A DNA stretch of 36,633 nucleotides from a virus (lineage: Duplodnaviria; Caudoviricetes): IMG/VR virus record IMGVR_UViG_3300042897_000083, positions 1 through 36,633 of that record; one strand, given 5' to 3'. Shown here one piece after another: positions 29,701-36,096 of the stretch. Under the pieces are notes generated by a model. The model saw only the letters and a program-made list of their open reading frames with translations, was not told where the DNA came from and searched no databases. The position numbers and the translations under genes were made by a program. Within the stretch, counting starts at the first letter, position 1. Every line of letters begins with the position of its first letter.

Positions 29701-31920
29701 AAAACCCTGCTTGATCGTGTTTACTTCCCTTTGTTCAGGGCGGGTGACTTCACATTGAACGCAAACAAGCCCGGCCATCAAGAGATTATCGAACACCACA
29801 AGACGGAGCGGCAGCAAAGAAAGCAGGCCAAATTATTACGCGCCGATGGTTATACCGTGGTCGAATCCAAGCGCGTGGTCGATTCTAAAGATCAGAAAAC
29901 CGTCATTGCAACGGGCGCAATCAAGAAGCTGATTGAGAGTGCTACCGCGAATGGCACGTTGGCCGGTGATCAATTAAAAGCCCTGATGGATGAGATAGAC
30001 CAGACTATCATCAAGTCCATGCCTGATGCTGCATATCGTCGGTCATTCATCCACCGCAAAGGGACGGCTGGCTACTCCAATGACTTCATTAATGCCTACG
30101 CCAACTCTATGCGTAGATCGTCCGCACATATTGCCAACTTGCGACACGCCGACAAGATACCTGCCCTCATAGAGGATATGAAGAAGGACATCAAGAGCGC
30201 ATCCAAGAACACCGACAGCAATACCAATGCGCTGAACGATGTAGTCTCAAGGGTTATCCAGATAGAGAAAGACCTGCAAATACCCTCTAACAAGTTTTCA
30301 ATACTGGCGGGGCGTATCGGTTTCGCGCAGATGTTGGGGTCGGTATTCAACTTTATGCTGAACAGCACGCAGGTCGCCTCGTACACGTTCCCCCATCTTC
30401 AAGCCGAGTACGGCGCGACCAAAGCAACGCTGCAACTGCTTAAAGCCTATTCCGACCAAACAAGGGCATTGAAATTACCCAAGAGCTTGAATGAAATGGG
30501 TCGCGCAATTGATATGCGTACCCGGCTGAAAGGTGACGAGCTTGATGTATTCCAGCGTATGCACGACTCAGGGAAACTTGATCTAAGCCAAACGTATGAC
30601 CTGATTGAGGCAGCGAGTACCGCGTCCGACCAGGTGAGCGATGTACAGGCCAACATCATGAAGGTTATCGGTTTGCCGCAGCACTTGTCCGAGGTAATGA
30701 ATAGGCAGGTTTCAGCAATCGCCGCTATCCGTCTTGAGATGGCAAGATCAGGCAACACGGACAAAGCGTATCAGGCCGCCCGTAAAGCGGTTGACGATAC
30801 GCACGGCGATTACGCCAAGGAGAATGCCGCCGATATAATGTCCGGTAATACAATGCGTCCGCTTATGATGTTCAAGAAGTACGGGCAATTTGTTATGTTC
30901 ACTTGGGGTAACACTGCACGGCTGGCTTTGGAAGGCAGCAAGACCCGCGACAGTGACGGCAATATACTGGATGGCACAAGACCAAGCGAACGCAAGAAGG
31001 CCAGAAAGCAATTGGCTGGGCTGCTGGGTGTGCAGCTACTCGCATCCGGTGTGCTGGGCTTGCCGATATACACCACGTCCGCCATTGTCGGTAGCGGCAT
31101 GGTCGGCTTTAAGCTGGGTGGAGAAAGAGGCGCATTCATCGGTATTGCCGCCGTAATGATTGCCGCGCTTGCCTCAGCCTTTGGGGATGATGACGGCGAG
31201 GACTTCGCTCTTGAGTTAAGGCGATGGCTGGCGGCAAGGCTTGGGGATAATTGGGCAGAGATTGTGTCCCGTGGGATAACCCCTCGCAGTCTAGGCTCCA
31301 GAATGGATGCCAGCCAACCATTTATTAGAGCGCCGGAAAAATCACATAACAAGACGAAGTATCTGCTGGAATGGATAGAGGCTTTGCTTGGCCCATTCTG
31401 GGGAGGAACTACGGCGGGTGCGGGTGCTGGTTATATCGACATGACGGAAGGAGATCCAGCCGGGGCGAAGAAATTTATCCCGGTCAAGCAACTCAAGGAT
31501 ATGGCCACTGCATGGCAATGGGCGCGGGATGGATGGGCAATCAAGGACAAGCACGGCGCAATCTCTACTGAGGTTTCAACGGCAGATGCGGTCTGGAAAT
31601 CAATCGGGCTTAATCCTTCTGTTGCAGTCAAGGCGAAGGAACGCGAACATGCCATGTACATGCTGCACACTGCGCTGGAATATAAAATGAAGAAGATTGT
31701 TGAACGGGCGGTAGCCGATAAAAACCCGGCCACGAGGTTTAACGAAATGAACGCATGGAATAGCAAATATGCCGCGATGGGTTACGCGATTAACTCAGGC
31801 AGCATAAGTGGCGCATTCACGCAGGACATTCTGACACGCGGCAAACCTGTGGAAGTTGGCAACCCAGCACAAAGGCCATATCTTAAAAAGGAAACGGAAC
31901 CCCTGGCAGTCCGGCGTTAA
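23764..31920 (+). CDS. Giant polyvalent ejection protein: LPD5-like, LPD1-like, PRTase, metallopeptidase and PLxRFG-like domains
   Basis: IEDFGEKISGARK; FRGVQFGN...AHEWWHSLDNYF...EMSARSFE; VLILDDTFTSGDT; LLHEVGLH; FYSQL...EEEQS; YFPLFRAG. Confidence 0.85.
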   Translation: MSLAGCISKANSSKPNTFTAEEGLRLKQAARKLEKAGTAKDVAEKMAVDAELKTLYAEQKELSDTIYDTPHGVQLRIAQALENKHSSIKNNEAATVESSSESVQTLVDNQNDVSKKQNKLTPAEEKRYQELVDFDDAGVISKSGKDQYGDPSDTVVAAWKEYKSLEKRRNADTSPERVKKSGESGQGESAAIEDFGEKISGARKEYAASYKDKMEAAKEMDVLAQPLSKSWPEPDYQKLIEAGASKRVVGLVRSMRDEIPNKPGKSYRQSTWAKQVELLRDTADRMLNDKEFAEKYQAEFKKTEHLKLDDAINGRAELYELLGHEKSLKGIRISRSMYGVYNGAPYNPHKIIWEVTKDAKATAFGNMPKTLGSGDTRQAAIDSFTKAYSALDTNKEKDNKTKFELYADRYAKAGDKGQFFIGKKVGRNVIHIKDGFDTVKEARSYITNNNDELAAILEQKKAIPNERYDINQPRVGQDMRNAQDVTPEMFSEAFGFRGVQFGNYVEGARRQQDLNNAYDALMDLAAVLDIPPKAISLNGELGLAFGARGIGGKHPASAHYESGHIVINLTKGSGAGSLAHEWWHSLDNYFSRQAGKKEDYATDRSDVALAARNADYFKKDDGIRKEMIDAFGSVVGAIKSTAIKQRSGSLDNRRTKEYWGTGIEMSARSFERYVIAKLHDNGFANDYLANVVSEEYWNAAEALGIGEGGSYPYPTESELPAIRDGFDKFFQVIESKETDKGVALFSQSTTPANNPYTLSTLATAIDKAMGRGFTKLLEATGMFKLIESSQIGKFLGEGVRFSVSSRKVAPSDYPATLAKSIFHTNTLRQHPDFKAAKEGGDVLAAKRIVDDVFKPSVASEIKALFDTGKPIYIIPVAQREGTGMNMIPAAYAHRLAAEIGGVVWTKTVKVSGKHNTDATANERTRNVQEFGGGTPPPGSQVLILDDTFTSGDTFTALVDRLANNGITPIAATTLANGRYQSELTPTEEQRGKLLAKAGLTEVQFQHEFSYPTSHLTGSEIRQYLFNGKAGRTGIIDRFPAKRIGTSTENSGSTPEVKYSADGSRILAFVKDGVTHLVYDNISSTDDNVKGLLLHEVGLHALTLGRTEPEFQAILKQFKMMGKMGNAQVRTAKEQAAAEKVDKAEGRVPKDTEKHLLDEEHLGHYLEQNPNSSFTQKVISWFRAQVRKLGAMLKGSEKFQFFQWANKLTPEDIVAMATTALKNAPTTLQNARSRGVFKADTQQQFYSQLRKVMRDAPDKIFGSGKQVALWLQANAGKNAIKSDEIFWSGITDWLDTQGKVSKADVLAFLDNSGVKVEVTMLGESLGLSPAQELEFNELLALGRSATPKQNERIAELIAISDKNEGTTPTTKHGGGNLVLPDGENYREIVLTAPQADKWGESDTTHFGDTGEGKAIAWLRVNDRTTATGEEALFIEEEQSKRGQAGRSEGFALELDKNINQDDLIATFINKSKDKYKYDWSAEVRTPKGIKIGDFWGGDEKLPDENRAKGNAYKYYLRGDVDSVPPAPFVSDGNNKATNAHITLAMKHAILDAIQRGKTVVAWTTGQQQKDRYALSKQIDGLSVQKDPYDPVFYIVQTTGKDGKIENHGQHKESELQNIIGKELAKKAIDDINAGRDAAYKGLDLDVGGEWADAMYGDENGLNASGKPSLMTQAVNEIFKQLKIEGKVESVEINHGRMWQPEIEQEIDDTTLQPGFTLTPALAAKVTNEGMTLFSKAEPDPIADLNPIAEKKAIDEAIERDKKGSTNTPKEKKPASAKEETPTNTFEAPGRALGLLIKVFTRNDLVGMYKNTVIGQHLKDYKELREQIAADTNQLFEVADNFLGDLRSLPKDLRTTFADLAHQSTLYAVDPAKATYVPGADAKELAAYLATNPSNKKLVDRIKARLASMEDAHKRLRAMYVGLPDTKFKNGKTARDLFDGLRQRYITQTTLMFEAFEGRINRLEVDADVKAKAIEELRGQLKTLLDRVYFPLFRAGDFTLNANKPGHQEIIEHHKTERQQRKQAKLLRADGYTVVESKRVVDSKDQKTVIATGAIKKLIESATANGTLAGDQLKALMDEIDQTIIKSMPDAAYRRSFIHRKGTAGYSNDFINAYANSMRRSSAHIANLRHADKIPALIEDMKKDIKSASKNTDSNTNALNDVVSRVIQIEKDLQIPSNKFSILAGRIGFAQMLGSVFNFMLNSTQVASYTFPHLQAEYGATKATLQLLKAYSDQTRALKLPKSLNEMGRAIDMRTRLKGDELDVFQRMHDSGKLDLSQTYDLIEAASTASDQVSDVQANIMKVIGLPQHLSEVMNRQVSAIAAIRLEMARSGNTDKAYQAARKAVDDTHGDYAKENAADIMSGNTMRPLMMFKKYGQFVMFTWGNTARLALEGSKTRDSDGNILDGTRPSERKKARKQLAGLLGVQLLASGVLGLPIYTTSAIVGSGMVGFKLGGERGAFIGIAAVMIAALASAFGDDDGEDFALELRRWLAARLGDNWAEIVSRGITPRSLGSRMDASQPFIRAPEKSHNKTKYLLEWIEALLGPFWGGTTAGAGAGYIDMTEGDPAGAKKFIPVKQLKDMATAWQWARDGWAIKDKHGAISTEVSTADAVWKSIGLNPSVAVKAKEREHAMYMLHTALEYKMKKIVERAVADKNPATRFNEMNAWNSKYAAMGYAINSGSISGAFTQDILTRGKPVEVGNPAQRPYLKKETEPLAVRR

Positions 31921-31933
31921 GCGCAATACTTTT

Positions 31934-32344
31934 CGGCTTAGCGCGGCTTAGCGCGTATTAGCGCGTATTACACTATGCACTAACCCTCCCCGCAACCCTC
32001 CACCCTCCCTGATTTTATGGGAGGGTCACGGGGGAGGGTGCAGATTGGTGCAGATTGGTGCAGATTGGTGCAGATTGGTGCGTTCTAATTAGGAAAGTGG
32101 GGAAAGTGGGGAAAGTGGATTAATCAGATTATTGTTGATTAATCAAAAATCATCACCCAGAAAACCAGCGTGACATGTCACGATACAACCATGCAAGCCA
32201 ATGATAGCAACAAACAGGTGCGGCCTGACTTGTCACTGACAAGCGCTGACTTGTTATGCGACGTTAGCCACTTAACTAACATTAGTCAATTGCCTTATGA
32301 CAACTAACATGTGGATTCTAGGGAACATCTAGGGAACATCTAGG
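31934..32344. repeat. Non-coding mosaic array of different 9-11-bp tandem repeats and palindromes
   Basis: CG(GC/TA)TTAGCG x4, ACCCTCC x3 plus 2 inverted, CAGATTGGTG x4, GGAAAGTGG x3, TTGATTAATCAA, CGTGACATGTCACG, CTGAC x3, TCTAGGGAACA x2.5. Confidence 0.9.
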
Positions 32345-32349
32345 CCGAT

Positions 32350-32399
32350 AAAAATATATATTTTTTTCAGGTCGCGGAGCCATGTGCTAATGCTATAAC
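32350..32399 (+). promoter_or_regulatory. Putative extended -10 promoter for the lysis cassette
   Basis: TG-c-TATAAC at 32391-32399 with an AT-rich UP-like tract at 32350-32367; poor -35. Confidence 0.5.
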
Positions 32400-32422
32400 A
32401 CAGCTACCGCGCTGACCACTTT

Positions 32423-32447
32423 TACCAGCTTCGGCTGGTATTTTTTT
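32423..32447 (+). terminator. Intrinsic terminator upstream of the lysis genes (cUUCGg loop)
   Basis: TACCAGC-TTCG-GCTGGTA-TTTTTTT. Confidence 0.85.
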
Positions 32448-32504
32448 GTCTAAAATTCATTGGTATATTCGAGTATCTTAACCCTTATTAAGAAAGTAAA
32501 TGAC

Positions 32505-32708
32505 ATGCCACCACAAGGCGAAATTGCACACTTGGAAGCAAAAGTAGAAGCACTGGCAAAAGAAGTGGCTGCGCTGAAAGAATCGGTGGAGGATTTAATC
32601 ACAGCATGGAATGCTTCAAAGGGGCTGTTATCTGTCATTAAGTGGCTTGCAGGATTAGCCTCGGCGGGTGCGATTGTGTGGGCGGCATGGCATGGGAATG
32701 GGCATTAA
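32505..32708 (+). CDS. Holin/antiholin-like membrane protein
   Basis: Coiled-coil followed by one C-terminal TM helix, directly before the endolysin. Confidence 0.65.
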   Translation: MPPQGEIAHLEAKVEALAKEVAALKESVEDLITAWNASKGLLSVIKWLAGLASAGAIVWAAWHGNGH

Positions 32709-33128
32709 ATGCTGAAACTACTGGTACTGAGGGATAAAGGACAAGATGGATTTACTACCGGGACTCTTTTCATTGATGGCGTTTTTAGATGCTTCACGCT
32801 TGAGGATGAATTGCGCGAAGTCAAGATTAAGCATGAAACTGCCATACCCGCAGGAACCTATCCGGTTGAAATCACACAGAGCGCACGATTCAATAAGGCG
32901 CTACCCATTTTGCTGAATGTTCCGGGGTTTGAGGGTATCCGCATTCATGCTGGAAATACTTGCGAAGATACGTCCGGCTGCGTCCTGGTGGGATTAAGTC
33001 AGGGCGGCAAGAACGGCGCATGGCTTGGAGACAGCAGGGCGGCCATGAACATTATTCAGCCTGAGATTGCAGCAGCTTTAGCAGAAAACAAGTTAGTTGA
33101 AATAACTATCCGGGATTGGGAGGCATGA
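32709..33128 (+). CDS. Putative endolysin, DUF5675 family (L,D-peptidase-like)
   Basis: TTGTL...CFTLE, IPAGTY, GIRIHAGN...TSGCVLVG (His/Cys motif), lysis context. Confidence 0.85.
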   Translation: MLKLLVLRDKGQDGFTTGTLFIDGVFRCFTLEDELREVKIKHETAIPAGTYPVEITQSARFNKALPILLNVPGFEGIRIHAGNTCEDTSGCVLVGLSQGGKNGAWLGDSRAAMNIIQPEIAAALAENKLVEITIRDWEA

Positions 33129-33364
33129 AGCCATTTTGGGACTTCGTGGACAACAGGCAAATAGTCCGGCGTAGCGTGCTGCTATTCACCCTCGTAATGA
33201 CCTATATCGCCTTCTACAAGGGGTATGAGTTCGCCATATTGCTGCCCCCAAGATTCGATGGCACAAGTACCGCGCTGATTATCGCGGCATTCACCGCCCC
33301 GGTTGCCTACCTGCAAAAGGCCGCTTTTGAAACTTACCTATCCAACAAAGGGAAATCTGAATGA
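33125..33364 (+). CDS. Holin-like protein, 2 TM helices
   Basis: Two hydrophobic segments, ATGA coupling, lysis context. Confidence 0.7.
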   Translation: MKPFWDFVDNRQIVRRSVLLFTLVMTYIAFYKGYEFAILLPPRFDGTSTALIIAAFTAPVAYLQKAAFETYLSNKGKSE

Positions 33365-33819
33365 TACAGGCGACATTAATCAAGATAGGCGCATTGCTGG
33401 TGGCTCTGCTGGCGCTATACGCCTACGGCAATCACAACGGGCGTGCCCACGTACAGGCGTTATGGGATGCGGATAAAGCAGCAACAGCGATTGCAACCAA
33501 TGCCGCGATCCTGAAAAGGTTGGCGGATAACACGGCGATTGAAAAGGCACGGACAGCAGAATTACAAAAGACAAAGGAAACCTATGAAAAGAAAATTAGC
33601 GATCTTGGCAAGCGTCCTCATGGTGGGTTGTACCTGCCCCAAGCCCCCGGTTGTAATACCCCTGCCTTGCCCCAAGCCAGTGCCGATACCATCGTCATTA
33701 CTGACCCCCCCGGAAGTGTCCGACTTCCAGCAGGAGTTGAAGAGGATATTTCATCCTTGATTGATAAAGCTGACGCGATTCGTATTCGATTAACTGCGCT
33801 GCAGGAGGCGTGTAAATGA
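33361..33819 (+). CDS. Rz: Inner-membrane spanin
   Basis: N-terminal TM, helical periplasmic part, embedded lipoprotein ORF. Confidence 0.8.
   Translation: MIQATLIKIGALLVALLALYAYGNHNGRAHVQALWDADKAATAIATNAAILKRLADNTAIEKARTAELQKTKETYEKKISDLGKRPHGGLYLPQAPGCNTPALPQASADTIVITDPPGSVRLPAGVEEDISSLIDKADAIRIRLTALQEACK
33584..33760 (+). CDS. Rz1: Outer-membrane lipoprotein spanin embedded in Rz (+1 frame)
   Basis: AAGGA RBS, MKRKLAILASVLMVG-C lipobox-like, Pro-rich mature part. Confidence 0.8.
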   Translation: MKRKLAILASVLMVGCTCPKPPVVIPLPCPKPVPIPSSLLTPPEVSDFQQELKRIFHP

Positions 33820-35570
33820 CAACTACACTCGCAATTACCAAGATCACAGGGACATTTGCGGCGGGTAGTATCAAGGTCGGCGCAACTACGGTAGGTACTT
33901 GTGCTGGCGCACAGTCCATTAATGGCGCGTCAACAGCCAAACTCAGGGCGCAATATGCCAACCTTGCGGCGGACGTGTACCGCGCATTGATTACGGTGGT
34001 TCCCGGCTCAGGCAGTATCTTGGGTGTGTGGCTGTTTAACGATGTCGTTTATGCCTTCCGTAATGCAGCCGATGGACTTACCACAGCCATGTACAAAAGC
34101 ACCACCTCCGGCTGGTCACTGGTCGCGCTTGGACGTGAGCTATCCTACACATCGGGCGGCACTTACACGATAGCGGTAGGCGATACGATCACCGGCGAGA
34201 CTTCGGCAGCAACGGCGGTTATTGCGGCGATTACCATAGAGTCCGGTACGCTTGCAGCAGGGACGGCGGCGGGGCGGATTATCTTCGCGTCACAGACAGG
34301 GACATTCCAGGCTGAAACAATCAAGGTTGGCGCAAACTTGAATGTCGCCAACATTGCCGGGAATAGCACGGCGATCACTATGGCGGTTCCAAGCGGACGA
34401 TTCGAGTTCTGCAATGCCAGTTTCGGCACAACCAAGATGTACGGGGTGGACGGTAAAAATAGAGGCTTTGAGTTTGACGGCACGACATTTGTACCGATAG
34501 CCACAGGGATGACAGCAGACGCGCCTACGTTTGTTCGTGACCACAAAAACCATCTATTCTTTGCATTCGGAAGTTCAGCGCAGCATAGCGGCATAGGCAC
34601 GCCGTACACATGGACGATTGTTTCTGGCGCGGCTGAATTGGCGATGGGCGACACTATCACCGGATTCCAAAGACAGGTTGGCGCAGAAGCAACGTCAACC
34701 ATGGCAATCTTTACCCGCAACAATATCAAGATGCTGTACGGTTCGTCGTCGGCTACATGGGCGTTAAACTCGTACAAGGAAGCAGCCGGTGCTTACGCCT
34801 ACACCACTCAGCAAATTGGCTTGACTGTGATGCTGGATGATAGAGGCGTAACCAGCCTTGAGACTTCGCAGAACTTCGGTAACTTTATAGACGCTACGCT
34901 AACCAAGCACATTCAAACATGGATTAACGCACGGCGACCGATCAGCATTGCGTCTTGTGTGGCGCGGGATAAAAACCAGTACCGGCTATTCTTCACGGAC
35001 GGATCCGCCCTGTATATGACAATGGATAACGGCAAGCCAGTGGGAATGATGCCTATTTATTTGGCCAGCACACCGACTTGCATCTGTTCATTGGAAAATA
35101 ACGCCGGGAATGAGCGGATATACTTTGGCGATGCGTCAGGTTATGTTCATCAGATGGATGCTGGAACCAGCTTCGACGGCGCGGCAATTGAGTTTTATCT
35201 TGATCTGGCATACAACAATCTACGCAGCCCACGGGTAATAAAATCATTCAAATCTGCCGTGCTGGAAGTGGCTGGAGCAAGTTACAGCGAGTTCAGTTTC
35301 GGGTATAGCTTGGGCTACGGGTCAACTGAAATCGACCAGCCAGCGAACATTGCCACAACCCTTAATCTCACGTCGAATGCTTGGGATAGCGGTATATTTT
35401 GGGACTCTGGCGCGGTTTGGGACAGCGTTTCGTTAATGCCAAGCACATTCAGCATGGGCGGCGATGCTGAAAACTTATCAGTCAAGATATTGGGGTCAGC
35501 GGATTACTACGGCCCGACCAGATTCTCAGGAGTGCTGATAAATTATATACAACGTAGGCAGATTAGGTAG
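33816..35570 (+). CDS. C-terminal 584-aa fragment of tail nozzle / tubular protein B-like protein
   Basis: Beta-propeller-like blades (VPGSGSILGV, HKNHLFFAF, KNQYRLFF, IYFGDASGYV), GGAGG RBS, ATGA-coupled to Rz; continues the 8750-9061 ORF in frame. Confidence 0.85.
   Translation: MTTTLAITKITGTFAAGSIKVGATTVGTCAGAQSINGASTAKLRAQYANLAADVYRALITVVPGSGSILGVWLFNDVVYAFRNAADGLTTAMYKSTTSGWSLVALGRELSYTSGGTYTIAVGDTITGETSAATAVIAAITIESGTLAAGTAAGRIIFASQTGTFQAETIKVGANLNVANIAGNSTAITMAVPSGRFEFCNASFGTTKMYGVDGKNRGFEFDGTTFVPIATGMTADAPTFVRDHKNHLFFAFGSSAQHSGIGTPYTWTIVSGAAELAMGDTITGFQRQVGAEATSTMAIFTRNNIKMLYGSSSATWALNSYKEAAGAYAYTTQQIGLTVMLDDRGVTSLETSQNFGNFIDATLTKHIQTWINARRPISIASCVARDKNQYRLFFTDGSALYMTMDNGKPVGMMPIYLASTPTCICSLENNAGNERIYFGDASGYVHQMDAGTSFDGAAIEFYLDLAYNNLRSPRVIKSFKSAVLEVAGASYSEFSFGYSLGYGSTEIDQPANIATTLNLTSNAWDSGIFWDSGAVWDSVSLMPSTFSMGGDAENLSVKILGSADYYGPTRFSGVLINYIQRRQIR
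33817..33823 (+). repeat. 7-bp direct repeat TGACAAC, copy 2 (right split point)
   Basis: Identical to 9048-9054; overlaps the Rz stop and the fragment start codon. Confidence 0.75.
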
Positions 35571-35849
35571 TCAGTCATCGTTATTGATTATCACCGGGGC
35601 ATCTGTAGCATATGGGTTATTAACAGACTTGTTGCTGTATGGATCACCGTAGGGTGAATATGGGTTATTAATGCTGTCCGGTGAGTATTTAGACCCAAAT
35701 TGCCCGTATGGGTTCGACACAGAATTTTCGTCATACTTGTTATTGTTCAGGTTGCCAAGATACTTCCCGGTGGATGAGTCGTATAGTGCGGGTGACGCAT
35801 GAGCTTGAAGCGATAAAGCCAGTGCGAGTAGCAGAAATAATTTACGCAT
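35571..35849 (-). CDS. Secreted moron protein with NPYG/NPYS repeats (92 aa)
   Basis: AAGGAG RBS, signal peptide MRKLFLLLALALSLQAHA, YLGNL...NPYG...NPYS...NPYA. Confidence 0.8.
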   Translation of the reverse strand: MRKLFLLLALALSLQAHASPALYDSSTGKYLGNLNNNKYDENSVSNPYGQFGSKYSPDSINNPYSPYGDPYSNKSVNNPYATDAPVIINNDD

Positions 35850-35880
35850 GATTCTCTCCTTGGTTAATTGCAAACACCAA

Positions 35881-35968
35881 CAAGAATACAACCTAAACTG
35901 TCCGATCTCACAGGGAAAAGCGACTGACCCGTTTAATCTCGGATCACAGTAAGGTTGTATTCATCTTG
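35881..35968 (-). other. Long imperfect hairpin, probable structured 5' leader or sRNA
   Basis: GAATACAACCT/AGGTTGTATTC 11-bp arm plus ACTGT/ACAGT, CCGA/TCGG and GGG/CCC stems. Confidence 0.6.
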
Positions 35969-35975
35969 GCGCTAT

Positions 35976-36010
35976 CATTGTAATGGTTGTAAATTACATT
36001 GTAATGGTTG
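35976..36010 (-). promoter_or_regulatory. 14-bp direct repeat CATTGTAATGGTTG x2 overlapping a putative minus-strand promoter
   Basis: Copies at 35976 and 35997; minus strand reads ATTACA-17nt-TACAAT. Confidence 0.5.
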
Positions 36011-36096
36011 CCGCCATCAGCATATTAACATGGGCGGCTCATGCGTATTCACTTCCAGCTAAACTATTTCAGCCGGATTACATATGCCAGATAAAT

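Noticed and set aside
32135-32146. FNR box
   Set aside because: TTGAT-N2-ATCAA has a 2-bp spacer, not the required 4.
31934-32344. CRISPR array
   Set aside because: No constant 23-47-bp repeat with unique spacers; the units are short, abutting and differ from block to block.
9040-33850. Split intein or trans-splicing intron explaining the divided nozzle gene
   Set aside because: No Cys/Ser-initiated IntN after the N-half and no HN-(C/S/T) IntC before the C-half; both junctions abut coding neighbours, leaving no room for intron structure.
322-35247. Numerous minus-strand and nested ORFs in the ORF track
   Set aside because: They are shadows of well-supported + strand genes with no recognisable motifs; only Rz1 was kept.
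35881-35968. Integron attC site or hammerhead ribozyme
   Set aside because: The ends deviate from RYYYAAC/GTTRRRY and the spacer regions pair; no CUGAUGA core on either strand.
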